Origin: Bdellovibrio sp.
GTDB taxonomy: Bacteria; Bdellovibrionota; Bdellovibrionia; Bdellovibrionales; Bdellovibrionaceae
NCBI GenBank assembly: GCA_036677065.1
Contig: JAKFBS010000002.1
Location: 704,001-768,000, forward strand
Direction of reading: 5' to 3'
DNA length: 64,000 nt
The position numbers and the translations under genes were made by a program. Positions 47,578-57,335 of this stretch are shown piece by piece. Position 1 is the first letter of the stretch; the number at the start of each line of letters is the position of its first letter. The notes under the pieces were generated by a model, which saw only the letters and a list, made by a program, of their open reading frames with translations, made no database searches and was not told where the DNA came from.

Positions 47578-48260
47578 GTCGTCTTGAAGAATTAAAAGAT
47601 CAGCTTAAGACCACACTGCAAACAACCTGGGAAAGAATCCAAGAGTCTGAAGCTTATAATCAATTAAGTGATAAATACCAATCGCTAAGCCCGTCAGGTC
47701 AAAAAGTAGCACAGGCTGTGACTGCATTATTAATTGCAGGTGTCGTATTTTATTCTCCGATCAGTCAGTTACAAATTTCAAACGAACTTATGGTGCAGTT
47801 TGAAGATAAACGCACACTGATTCGTGATTTATTTAAAACTTACCGTGATTCTACGGGTGGGTTACAAATGGCCCCCGCCCCGCAAGTTGCCGATTTAATT
47901 TCAACGATTCAAAGTTCATTACAAAATGCAAAACTTATCCCTGAACAAATCGTAGCTGTTGATATGTCGCAAGCTGAAGGAAGACTAATTCCTGCAAGCC
48001 TGCAGCAAGGTGTGGTTGAAGTAAAATTAGCTAAATTAAATTTACGCCAAGTCGTTGATATCGGTTTACAGTTAGCCAATATTTCATCAGCCGTAAAAGT
48101 TAAAGATATGCTGATGCAAGCTAACGCTGAAATGGCTGGATACTTTGATGTTAGTTATAAACTTTATGCCTTAAAAGTTCCTGAAGCGCTTCCTGAGCCT
48201 GCTCCAGAGCCAGTCAGCAATAAAAAGAAAAAACCATCTGATGCTGCGGGTGATGAATAA
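47574..48260 (+). CDS. gspM: Type II secretion protein M
   Basis: YQSLSP.GQK plus TM and coiled coil; ATGA overlap with gspL. Confidence 0.72.
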   Translation: MSRLEELKDQLKTTLQTTWERIQESEAYNQLSDKYQSLSPSGQKVAQAVTALLIAGVVFYSPISQLQISNELMVQFEDKRTLIRDLFKTYRDSTGGLQMAPAPQVADLISTIQSSLQNAKLIPEQIVAVDMSQAEGRLIPASLQQGVVEVKLAKLNLRQVVDIGLQLANISSAVKVKDMLMQANAEMAGYFDVSYKLYALKVPEALPEPAPEPVSNKKKKPSDAAGDE

Positions 48261-49228
48261 TGATGGACATGATCATCAAAACATTTCGCTTCGTTTGGGG
48301 ACAGAAATTTAAAATTCTATTCACAGTTGTTTTTACGTTTGTGTTTTTATTTTTATTATTCCCGTTTAAAGATTTAAATGATTTTGTGTCTGGACAAGTT
48401 TCAGCGCTTACGCAAAACAGCGTTTATTTACAATTCGAAGACATGCGCTTAAATCCAGTCACTGCTTCGATCAGCTTAGATGGCGTCTTAGTTGAAACTT
48501 CGACAATCGAAGGCCTGAATATTAATTCAATTTCTGCTTCACCGTCTCTGGCTGCTTTATTTAAACGCCAACCGGGCGGAAAACTAGTAGCTGATGGTTT
48601 ATTTGGTGGTCATTTAGAAGTTAAATTAACTCCGCTTGAAACCTTAGAAAGCGGCGCTTTAAAAGCTAACTTAGATGTGGCCAGTGACAGCATATCTTTA
48701 AAAAACTTGCGCGACACGATGCAGATCTCAATTCCACTTTCTGGTTCTGCAAATATCACAGCCAACATCACTGCCGATATGTCTTTCAAAGAACAACCGG
48801 ACGGTGAAGTCTCTATTGTGATTGATAATTTCGAAATGCCGAGTAGCTCAATGAATTCTCCAAACTTTGGAAATCTTGTACTTCCTGAAATTAAGTTTAA
48901 ACAAGTCGACGTAAAAGGAAAACTAACCGGCGGAAAATTAGTGATCGAAAATGCTAAGCTTGGAAACCCTTCAGATGATTTATCTGGAACACTAAAAGGT
49001 GATATCGCCATTCGCATCGACAATATCGGTGGTACCGCTCGCCCAACAATAGGCGCCTATAATCTGAATATTGATCTCATCGCTAAGCCTGCATTTGTTC
49101 AACGGGCGCAAACTTTCTTAGTTCTGATTGATCAGTTCAAAACTGAAGAAAGAGGCTCAAGCCGTTACCGTCTAAAAGTTCAGGCTTCGAGCACAGATTT
49201 ACCGCCATCAATCCTTCCGCTAAATTAA
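48260..49228 (+). CDS. gspN: Type II secretion protein N
   Basis: TM ending LLFP; long beta-rich body; last gene of the cluster. Confidence 0.8.
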   Translation: MMDMIIKTFRFVWGQKFKILFTVVFTFVFLFLLFPFKDLNDFVSGQVSALTQNSVYLQFEDMRLNPVTASISLDGVLVETSTIEGLNINSISASPSLAALFKRQPGGKLVADGLFGGHLEVKLTPLETLESGALKANLDVASDSISLKNLRDTMQISIPLSGSANITANITADMSFKEQPDGEVSIVIDNFEMPSSSMNSPNFGNLVLPEIKFKQVDVKGKLTGGKLVIENAKLGNPSDDLSGTLKGDIAIRIDNIGGTARPTIGAYNLNIDLIAKPAFVQRAQTFLVLIDQFKTEERGSSRYRLKVQASSTDLPPSILPLN

Positions 49229-49420
49229 GCATTTGATTTCATCAAAATTAAGCATATTCCGAATTACGGACACTGCGGAGTTTCTAAACACATTACGCGC
49301 TGCTTGCCATGGCCATCATTATGCTACTCCTCACGGTAAACAAACAGTCAACATTTAAGCCATGTCGGTTTTAGTGTTGACTCAATTCTGCGCCCAAAGG
49401 AAAAAGAAGAAGGAGGGCAT

Positions 49421-49873
49421 ATGTCTGGAATTAACAAAGTAATTATTGTTGGCCGTTTAGGTCAAGACCCCGAGATGAAAGCTGTTGGCCAAGGCTCTAC
49501 AGTTACCCGTCTTAACGTTGCTACAAGCGAATCTTGGACTGATAAAACAGGTAACAAGCAAGAACGCACTGAATGGCACCGTATTACGGTATGGGGAAAA
49601 TTAGCCGAACTTTGCGGTAAGTATTTAGCAAAAGGACGCATGGTTTACGTAGAAGGTAAACTTCAAACACGTTCATGGGAAGACAACGGACAAAAGAAAT
49701 ACGCTACAGAAATCGTAGCTTCTACTGTTCAGTTTTTAGGTGGTGCTAGCACTAACGCCGGAGCTTCTAACAACCAAAATGATTCTTCAGTGAATCAAGG
49801 TGGCGGAGACTTCAATTTTTCTGATTTCGGTCCGGAGCCTAGCTTCAACCAATCAGAAGATATCCCGTTCTAA
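49421..49873 (+). CDS. ssb: Single-stranded DNA-binding protein
   Basis: NKVI.VGRLG.DPE, TEWH, VEGKL.TR.W, C-terminal EDIPF; SD AGGAGG. Confidence 0.98.
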   Translation: MSGINKVIIVGRLGQDPEMKAVGQGSTVTRLNVATSESWTDKTGNKQERTEWHRITVWGKLAELCGKYLAKGRMVYVEGKLQTRSWEDNGQKKYATEIVASTVQFLGGASTNAGASNNQNDSSVNQGGGDFNFSDFGPEPSFNQSEDIPF

Positions 49874-49919
49874 GCTGATAAGCTGATTTGCTTTCAGCAA
49901 AATTCTTACTGTAAAATTT

Positions 49920-49986
49920 AAGCCTTTTCTTTTTCAAAAAACACGCTCAAACTATGAGAGTGAAGACAAAGAAAAGGCTTTTTTTA
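49920..49986 (+). terminator. Long hairpin plus U-tract after ssb, enclosing the next start codon
   Basis: AAGCCTTTTCTTT (49920-49932) pairs with AAAGAAAAGGCTT (49968-49980), followed by a T run. Confidence 0.6.
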
Positions 49987-50253
49987 TTTTTATTTCTGAC
50001 ACTTTCTTCGTGCTCAATTTACAAATCAGCAGATCGTGCTGACTTTGAATCAGAATCCCCTACTTTTAAAATTAAAAGTCTGCAGAAAACTACCTGCTCA
50101 CAACAAAGTTTGGCCAGTGAATCTTCACAAAGCCGGTTAATCACAACGATTAACGATGAATTTTTATGGGAACACCAAGTTCAGAACCAACCTCACTACG
50201 AATCTAACGATTTAAAAGGCACTTACTGCTTGTATGACGTTACTTTCGAATAA
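49954..50253 (+). CDS. Small lipoprotein
   Basis: KKR plus hydrophobic stretch plus lipobox LSSC; ATG 49954 or GTG 49960 start. Confidence 0.72.
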   Translation: MRVKTKKRLFLFLFLTLSSCSIYKSADRADFESESPTFKIKSLQKTTCSQQSLASESSQSRLITTINDEFLWEHQVQNQPHYESNDLKGTYCLYDVTFE

Positions 50254-51232
50254 GTTAGCCCTCATCCTTAGCCTTATGTTTTTAACAGCGCCAGCCCTGG
50301 CCTATAAGGTTAAAGACATCACTGGAAAAAAAATCCTGATCGATCTTGAAGGGGAAAAACTTTTTGTTGGTGATACCGTCATTTCAATTGATAAAACGCC
50401 AAGTGGACCAGAAATCGCGGGTTCTGCCAAAGTATTACAAGTTCGCGAAAAATTAGCTGTTGCAGCCATTTCAGATGGTAAATTTATCATCGGCAAAAAG
50501 ATCGCGCGTAAAGCTGCCGAAAAAACAGCTGTCGAAATTGCTAAAGAACAACAACCTAAATTAGTTGCTGAACCTGAATACGCCGAAGATGAAGAAATTT
50601 ACGAAACCTCACAGCAACGCCGTCAGCGCTTAAAATCTTCTGACGAAGATGGCATCGTGTTTCGTCGTGATATGATGAAGGTGTCGCTTCTAGGCTCTTT
50701 TACACAAGATAAAATCTCGGCTAAGCAAGCCGATGACACTTTACCCTTTGCCGTTGAAGAAATCGTGGCTATGGAAGGTTCAGGGGCTGGAATTGGTCTT
50801 GCTTTTGATTACCCATCACAATGGGGCGTAACTTTGCGCGGGGTTATATTAAATGAAAAGCTATCTGTTTCTGGCTTATCGATCAACGAGGACATGTGTA
50901 ACGGAAAAACTTCGCAAATCTGCTCAGTTAATGTGAATTACCTAAGTTTAGGTGGCCATTTACGTTTCGATTACAACATTAGTCGATTAACATTCTGGGC
51001 TGCCGGCGGTGCAGTTTTTAAATATCCCACCTCGGTTGAAACTACAGCCTTGCGCACAGCAGATTTAAAATTAGCCAATGCCATTGTTGCCAGTGGTGGT
51101 TTTGATTTTGCGTTTAATAATCGCTTTTTCATGCCGTTAGCGTTTGAATATCACTACTCATTAAACAAATCAGAATCTGTACCGGTTATTGATCATTCTG
51201 CTTTTTTTGTTGGTTTCGGCGCTAAATTTTAG
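50234..51232 (+). CDS. Exported protein: FlgT-C-like beta domain, acidic linker, outer-membrane beta-barrel
   Basis: Signal peptide; ILIDL.GE.L.VGD...AKV.QV...A.A; ends FVGFGAKF (beta-signal-like). Confidence 0.65.
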   Translation: MTLLSNKLALILSLMFLTAPALAYKVKDITGKKILIDLEGEKLFVGDTVISIDKTPSGPEIAGSAKVLQVREKLAVAAISDGKFIIGKKIARKAAEKTAVEIAKEQQPKLVAEPEYAEDEEIYETSQQRRQRLKSSDEDGIVFRRDMMKVSLLGSFTQDKISAKQADDTLPFAVEEIVAMEGSGAGIGLAFDYPSQWGVTLRGVILNEKLSVSGLSINEDMCNGKTSQICSVNVNYLSLGGHLRFDYNISRLTFWAAGGAVFKYPTSVETTALRTADLKLANAIVASGGFDFAFNNRFFMPLAFEYHYSLNKSESVPVIDHSAFFVGFGAKF

Positions 51233-52238
51233 ACCAGCTATTTGCATCGGTCACAATTTCAGAAAAACCAGCAATCCAATTCGCGTTATCATTCAACGAA
51301 GGTACCATTTTAAATTGCTCACCGCCCCACATTTGAAATTGGTGGTGTAACTCGATATTGATTTCTTCTAAGGTCTCAAGGCCATCAGTCACAAACGCAG
51401 GACAAGCCACAACTAGGGATTTCACCTGTTTTTTCTTCACTATATCTTCAGTGGTTTTTTCAGTCGCCGGTTCTAACCATTTTTTATAGCCTACACGGGA
51501 TTGAAAACATAAAGTGTATTTATCTGGATTTAATTCTAATTTAGCTGCCAACAATTTTACAGTTTGTTGGCATTGAGCATAATAGCAACGCGAAATGTCC
51601 GGACGTTCACAACATTTCTGATTTAACTCACAGCCAGGATTTTTTTGAATTTGTGAAACTGGCAGCCCGTGAAATGAAAATATCAAGTGTTCATTATTTT
51701 GAATATAAGGCTTAATTTGATCGACCCATGAATTAATAAAACTTTGATGGTTGTAAAAGGGCTTTAAAGTTTTAATTGCTTTATGCTGGGGCCATAGCGC
51801 ATTCACTACCGGCAGCAACACATCAAAGGCCGAACCCGTCGTAGCCATTGCAAATTGCGGATATAACGGAGCTATTAGGATTTCGTCATAGTTATTATTT
51901 TTATATGAAGCAAGAGTTGCCTGCGCTGATCTTTCACCGTAACGCCAATGAATCACCACGTCTGTATCAGGCAATTTTTTAGCGACTAAATTGGCAAACT
52001 TTGTTGTCTCAACAACTAAAGGTGAACCATCAGGAGTCCAAATACTCTGATATTTTTTCGCTGACGGTTTTTTACGGCGGGGCACAATGCCAATATGAAC
52101 TAGAATAGATCTAAAAAACCAAGGCATATCTAAAATACGCTGATCCATTAAAAATCGTGCAAGATATTTACCGACAGCTTTTGGCGTGGGCTCAGAAGGG
52201 CTTCCGATTTGACTTAAGATTAATAACTTTTTACCCAT
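51222..52238 (-). CDS. hemH: Ferrochelatase with Cys-rich insertion
   Basis: GSPL, PLYPQF, FSFHGLP, FQSR, D.LET.EE; insertion C-X5-CC-X7-C. Confidence 0.95.
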   Translation of the reverse strand: MGKKLLILSQIGSPSEPTPKAVGKYLARFLMDQRILDMPWFFRSILVHIGIVPRRKKPSAKKYQSIWTPDGSPLVVETTKFANLVAKKLPDTDVVIHWRYGERSAQATLASYKNNNYDEILIAPLYPQFAMATTGSAFDVLLPVVNALWPQHKAIKTLKPFYNHQSFINSWVDQIKPYIQNNEHLIFSFHGLPVSQIQKNPGCELNQKCCERPDISRCYYAQCQQTVKLLAAKLELNPDKYTLCFQSRVGYKKWLEPATEKTTEDIVKKKQVKSLVVACPAFVTDGLETLEEINIELHHQFQMWGGEQFKMVPSLNDNANWIAGFSEIVTDANSWSKI

Positions 52239-53418
52239 ATTTGGCCTTCAACTTTTCTGCTAAAATAATATTTTGATCATAGATTTTAGCAAGTCCTATT
52301 TTACCTAAGTAATTTCCGGCCAAATAAATATTTTTATTTGCTAAGCTGTTTTGAGTTTCTGCTAACGCAGAAAGAAACCTCTGTAAATGCTGGTTATAAG
52401 CAGGAATTGCTCTGGGCCAACGTGTGATGTGATATTCAGAGGGTTCACCTTGATTTGCAAATAGTCTATGGCGATCCGCTAAGATGGATTGTTTAATTTG
52501 CTCGTCTGTTAAATTTTTCGGGTCTTGACTGATAATCCAAGCTTCTGAAGGGTTTGGCCCACGGTCAGAAAAAATACATGAATTCACTAATACGCCCGCA
52601 GCGAAAAAATTTTCGCTTGGCGGAAATAAACAGCCAAAACCATTTAATGTGGCTGTATTCATTGGCCAAACTAACGTTACTGAAATTAAGGGAACAGATT
52701 CAATATTTTTCAACTGAGTTTGTGGTAATAATAAAGCGGCATCCCAGGCAGAAGTTGCGATAACTATTGCATCTTTATCTTGAAGCGACAGTTCGCTCAA
52801 ATTTTTAACGTCTTGCTTGGTAATCTGCAGCTTTACTTTAAGGGCATTAATTAACTGGCCCATCCCCTTTTTAGGGGCATAAGTTGTTGGTTTATACTTT
52901 TTGGCTTTTCTGAACTCATTTACAGCTTTAAACGAATCTAAAACGGCTTTGGCGTTCAGTTTTGTGGCTGGTAAGGCAAAAATTCCACGAACAGCAGATG
53001 TTAAAACATAGTCTGTAAACTTTTGACCGAAGTTTTTCATTCCCCAATCATTTAAGCTTAAGTGCGGATCTGGTTTTTTCTTTGTGAAAACAAATTTAGC
53101 CAACTTTGAAACTAGAAAAAAAGTTTCACTTAGACTTAGCGGCCAACGTTTTGCTTCACCAGCACGAAAGATAAATCGTTTGCTAGAGATTTTTTGTGAA
53201 GCTAAAAATTCAATGTCTAATTCTTTGGCCAAATTTTCTAAGCGCGGGGTCCACAATAAGCCATTCGCGGCAGTTTCACGCAGATGGGTCACTGATTCAT
53301 GCGTTTGAATTAATCCGCCAATTTGATCTTTTTCATAAAGCGTTACACTAAGACCTGCTTTTTGCAGCTCCCAAGCAAGCGTTAACCCTGTAAAGCCTGC
53401 TCCGATGATATGAATCAT
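52231..53418 (-). CDS. hemY: Protoporphyrinogen oxidase, HemY type
   Basis: IIGAGFTGL FAD motif, GG.I.T, GFGCL.P, W.RAIP.Y, LAGNY..IG. Confidence 0.88.
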   Translation of the reverse strand: MIHIIGAGFTGLTLAWELQKAGLSVTLYEKDQIGGLIQTHESVTHLRETAANGLLWTPRLENLAKELDIEFLASQKISSKRFIFRAGEAKRWPLSLSETFFLVSKLAKFVFTKKKPDPHLSLNDWGMKNFGQKFTDYVLTSAVRGIFALPATKLNAKAVLDSFKAVNEFRKAKKYKPTTYAPKKGMGQLINALKVKLQITKQDVKNLSELSLQDKDAIVIATSAWDAALLLPQTQLKNIESVPLISVTLVWPMNTATLNGFGCLFPPSENFFAAGVLVNSCIFSDRGPNPSEAWIISQDPKNLTDEQIKQSILADRHRLFANQGEPSEYHITRWPRAIPAYNQHLQRFLSALAETQNSLANKNIYLAGNYLGKIGLAKIYDQNIILAEKLKAKYG

Positions 53419-54761
53419 AATGACGAAGAAAAAATTCTTGTTTGTGGTTTATTACGCTTCAAATGCTCATCAAAAAAAATGCAGATATTACGTAAAAATG
53501 GTTTTCCCTGTTCGCTGACAAGCAGACGATCACCCAGAATTGTGACTAAATTATCATTGATCATTTCACGCAAAAATTCTGGAGCTTGTTTTGTTTGTTC
53601 TGGGTTCATTTTAACCTGATAGCTCGTCATTAATGATAAAATCTGCTCACGGCGAGAAACATCTTCTTCTGTTAAAATATGCCCGCGCGCTGTCGGAATC
53701 ACACCAGAATTAATTAACTCTTCATATTTTGGAAGAATTTTTTCATTTTGATGAAAACTTTGAGGCGATTCAGAAATACTGCTGACACCAAGACCTAGCA
53801 TCACTTGTGATTTTTGGTCGGTGTAACCCATAAAATTTCTATGCAATTTATGGTCAGTCATTGCTACAGCTAAAGCTTCGTCTTTCAATGCGAAATGATC
53901 CATACCCACTTCAACATAACCAAAATTTAATAATTCAGTGCGCGCGTATTCATAAAGATCGCGCTTTTCTTTACCCGTCGGAAGCTCTTCGTCTTTAAAT
54001 AATCTTTGCGCAGGCTTAATCCATGGCACCAAAGCAAAACTATATAAAGCAATGCGATTGGGACGCAGTTTTTTAGTTTGCGCAATTGTGTGCTCCATTG
54101 TCGCACGCGTTTGTTTTGCTAAACCATAAATCAAGTCGTAATTGACTGAATCAAAGCCGATTTCACGCGCATAACGAGTGATACTTTCGGTTTCTTCAAA
54201 AGACTGTAACCGATTTACTAAGCGTTGAATTTCAGGATTAAAATCTTGGACGCCTAAGCTAATCCGGCGAAATCCTAATTTGTATAATACCTGTAGCTGT
54301 TCACGGTTAGTTCTGCGGGGATCGACCTCGATGGAACCTTCAAAATTTGCACCGCGCGTAGTTTGATCTAAAATCGGCGTTAACATTTGTGCTAAATGAT
54401 CTGCTGATAGAAAAGTAGGTGTGCCACCGCCTAAGTGCATACCTTGCAGTTGTGCTTTAGAAAATTCAGGCACCATCTGGCGATATAAATCCCATTCTTT
54501 TAAAATTAATTTTAAATATGGGTCTTCCTTTTTATGATCTTTAGTAATAATCGTATTACAACCGCAAAACGTGCATAGCGTTTCACAAAAAGGCACATGA
54601 ATGTACATCGACCATTGGCTTCTGCCGCCGTCTAGGCCGTGACGAAGATGTGATAACCACTGATCCTGGGTGGGCGCTGTCCCCCAATAAGGAACTGTCG
54701 GATAACTTGTGTAACGTGGGGCTGGTATATCGTATTTAGCAAATAACATTGAATCATTCAT
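53415..54761 (-). CDS. hemN: Oxygen-independent coproporphyrinogen III dehydrogenase
   Basis: PRYTSYPT, YIHVPFC...C.FCGC, GGGTP, LHRNFMGY; start reassigned to ATG 54761. Confidence 0.96.
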   Translation of the reverse strand: MNDSMLFAKYDIPAPRYTSYPTVPYWGTAPTQDQWLSHLRHGLDGGRSQWSMYIHVPFCETLCTFCGCNTIITKDHKKEDPYLKLILKEWDLYRQMVPEFSKAQLQGMHLGGGTPTFLSADHLAQMLTPILDQTTRGANFEGSIEVDPRRTNREQLQVLYKLGFRRISLGVQDFNPEIQRLVNRLQSFEETESITRYAREIGFDSVNYDLIYGLAKQTRATMEHTIAQTKKLRPNRIALYSFALVPWIKPAQRLFKDEELPTGKEKRDLYEYARTELLNFGYVEVGMDHFALKDEALAVAMTDHKLHRNFMGYTDQKSQVMLGLGVSSISESPQSFHQNEKILPKYEELINSGVIPTARGHILTEEDVSRREQILSLMTSYQVKMNPEQTKQAPEFLREMINDNLVTILGDRLLVSEQGKPFLRNICIFFDEHLKRNKPQTRIFSSSL

Positions 54762-55764
54762 GAAAAATCTCACGCGTGATTTGCACGAAACGACGAACGT
54801 TAGCCTCTGGAGTTTTTGGTAATACGCCATGGCCTAAACCACAAACCCAGTTGCTACGCTGTTCTGGAGTTAATTTTTTGAAATCCTCCAAATAGAGTCG
54901 GTAAGTTTTTTCAAACTCATTCGCTGGTAAGAATAATAGCGCTTGGTCAAAGTTACCTTGAACAAAACCTGGGGTCGCCATTTCAGTTTTATTTAAAATG
55001 TTTGGTAAATTCCAACGGTGATCAAAGCCCATCCCTGCCCACGGAAGATCTAAAAATTCTTTAGTAAAGAATGATCTTTGTGTGCCTTTTGAATAATAGC
55101 CAAGTTTTCCCGGATAAGCCTTAGCAAGTTCAGACAGAAGCGGCGCGATCCATTTTTGAAATAAAGCTGGGCTTACTTCGCCGGCCGCCGTATCAAAAAT
55201 CATCACAGCATCTGCGCCACCTTCAAATTGAATACGAATGTTTTCTTTTAAAAGCGGAAGCATGATTTTCGCGAATTTTTGAAATAGCTCATAGTCATTC
55301 TTGCTGTGTATTAAAGATCCCGCATGTGAACCCTCTACTGCATATACAAATAACGTCCATAGACCACCCACAAAACCAGTTAGATGCTTTTGTGCTGGAA
55401 TTTTTTGGCGTGTTAGAATCATCGCTTCTTTTTGAAAATGCAATTTAGGCAGAGCATCTGTCCAAGGCACTAGTTTTTCGATTGTAGCTTGGTTTAATTG
55501 AAAACCTAAACGTGGGCCATGATCAGTGTATTCTAAACCCATCCCTAAAGCTTCTAAAGGAAATAAAATATCAGAAAATAAAATTGAAACGTCGAAATCG
55601 AAATCTTGCACAGGGCCTAAAGCCACTTCAGAAGCAAGTTCAGGATTTTTACATAAATCCATGAACGAGTGTTTTGCTCGCAAATTTTGATAATGAGAAT
55701 GGTAACGACCCGCTTGGCGCATCATCCATACTGGAGGAGCTTTTGTTTTAGTTTGAAAAATCAT
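54754..55764 (-). CDS. hemE: Uroporphyrinogen decarboxylase
   Basis: PVWMMRQAGRY, FSDIL, QGNFD, LGHGVLP. Confidence 0.96.
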   Translation of the reverse strand: MIFQTKTKAPPVWMMRQAGRYHSHYQNLRAKHSFMDLCKNPELASEVALGPVQDFDFDVSILFSDILFPLEALGMGLEYTDHGPRLGFQLNQATIEKLVPWTDALPKLHFQKEAMILTRQKIPAQKHLTGFVGGLWTLFVYAVEGSHAGSLIHSKNDYELFQKFAKIMLPLLKENIRIQFEGGADAVMIFDTAAGEVSPALFQKWIAPLLSELAKAYPGKLGYYSKGTQRSFFTKEFLDLPWAGMGFDHRWNLPNILNKTEMATPGFVQGNFDQALLFLPANEFEKTYRLYLEDFKKLTPEQRSNWVCGLGHGVLPKTPEANVRRFVQITREIFHE

Positions 55765-56459
55765 ATTTGTTCTCCGCTTGCTTTGGTTTCATAGACATAA
55801 CCCACGCCACGAACTGATCTAATCATCTGTTCGTCAGTATCACCGATCAACTGGCGAAGGCGTGCAATCGCATTATCAATCGTGCGGTGGCTGGTTTCGC
55901 TCTCGGCGCCCCAAACTAAATTAATAATTTGGTCGCGGCTGACTGGTGATCCCGGATGGGCTGTCAGGTGTTTTAGAATTTTAAGATCATTAACTGGTGG
56001 GTATTCAATGCCGCCACCCTGTTGATAAACTGCAAATGTAGTAAAATTAATTTTTACTTTACCCACTTCAACTTCGATTTGATTAGGGTGGGCTTCAAAA
56101 ATATGCCCGATACGTAAGATTAATTCTTTTAAGTGGAAAGGTTTCGGAATAAATTCCTGAATTCCAATTTCGTAACCCCTTAAGCGGGTCTCAGGGTCGC
56201 CTTGCGCTGATAAAATTAAAACCGGTGGCTTGTATGATAACGTTTCTAGTTTTTTAACCAGATCTAAGCCATGGCCATCAGGCAGACCCAAATCGCAAAT
56301 TAATAAATCAAAAGTTTCACTTCTTAAATACTGCTCGGCTTTAGCTAAGTTGTTAGCCCACTTAACATTATAGTCACGGCCCAGGCTAGTTTGTAAACCT
56401 TCGCCTAAGGTTGAATCATCTTCGACTAATAAAATGCTTTTTTGATGAGTTAGGCTCAT
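55761..56459 (-). CDS. OmpR/PhoB family response regulator
   Basis: VEDD, CDLGLPD (phosphoacceptor Asp), KPF; wHTH RTIDNAIARLR...SVRGVGY. Confidence 0.95.
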   Translation of the reverse strand: MSLTHQKSILLVEDDSTLGEGLQTSLGRDYNVKWANNLAKAEQYLRSETFDLLICDLGLPDGHGLDLVKKLETLSYKPPVLILSAQGDPETRLRGYEIGIQEFIPKPFHLKELILRIGHIFEAHPNQIEVEVGKVKINFTTFAVYQQGGGIEYPPVNDLKILKHLTAHPGSPVSRDQIINLVWGAESETSHRTIDNAIARLRQLIGDTDEQMIRSVRGVGYVYETKASGEQI

Positions 56460-57335
56460 TTAAGCTTTTTTTCCTTTTGGTAAAATCACCAACACCATTA
56501 ATTGTGCGGCTTGGCCTTGGGTAAACTTAATACGCCCACCTAATTTATCCACTAAAAAGCGCGTAAGATATAAACCTAAACCATTGCCATGCGAAGATTT
56601 TGGCTGAATAAAGTTTTTACCTAATTCATTAATATTACCGGTAAAAGGTTGGCCATTATCCTGAAACTGAATTTCAACTTCGCTATTTACTGGTTTTACC
56701 ACTAACTGTAATTTAGTGGCTTTTCCGTGCATGACTGCATTTTGGATTAGATTGCGAAACACACTGCGAAGAGCTAATTCATCACCAAATACTTGGGCAT
56801 CACTTGTCATGCTAAGTTCTAATTCAGGCCATTCGTTACGAATCGCTGACATGACAGAAGAGAGTTTCACATCTTGCAGATGTAATACTTGAGTTTCACC
56901 GCGGGCGACCCACAATGAATTTTCTAATTGCAGATCCAGTTGGTTCATATTTTCGCCGAAACGGTTTAACACCTGTTGGTCAAAGTTATCGCGCAGCAAA
57001 TCAGATTGTAGTCGTAAACGTGAAATCGAAGTTTTTAGATCATGAGCAAAGTTTCCAAAAAACATGCGGATTTGCTCATGGCGTTCTAAATCTTTTTTCG
57101 CCAAAATAATTAAGCCAATACCGCCTATGATAACAGCCAAGAATAAAAACAATCCTTCTGACATAATCATGCGGTTTGAGCGTGCGAACTCTTCACCTGA
57201 CATTAAAGTTTTCAGAGCCTCAAGCTGGCGCAGACTTAATAGCCACCACCACATCGTCAAAGCCCCGATTAATACGAGCCAAATGATCGATAAGTAAAAG
57301 CGCAGTCTGCTTTGCGAGAGGGTTTTTGGATTCAC
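56460..57335 (-). CDS. Sensor histidine kinase, two TM helices with a short loop
   Basis: AHDLKT H-box, NLIQNA.H, DNG, GNGLGL; about 20-aa loop between TMs. Confidence 0.93.
   Translation of the reverse strand: MNPKTLSQSRLRFYLSIIWLVLIGALTMWWWLLSLRQLEALKTLMSGEEFARSNRMIMSEGLFLFLAVIIGGIGLIILAKKDLERHEQIRMFFGNFAHDLKTSISRLRLQSDLLRDNFDQQVLNRFGENMNQLDLQLENSLWVARGETQVLHLQDVKLSSVMSAIRNEWPELELSMTSDAQVFGDELALRSVFRNLIQNAVMHGKATKLQLVVKPVNSEVEIQFQDNGQPFTGNINELGKNFIQPKSSHGNGLGLYLTRFLVDKLGGRIKFTQGQAAQLMVLVILPKGKKA

Noticed and set aside
49888..49900. Third GCTGAAAGC hairpin (TTGCTGAAAGCAA, minus strand)
   Set aside because: Antisense to the flanking genes and lacks the shared flanks; not counted as a copy
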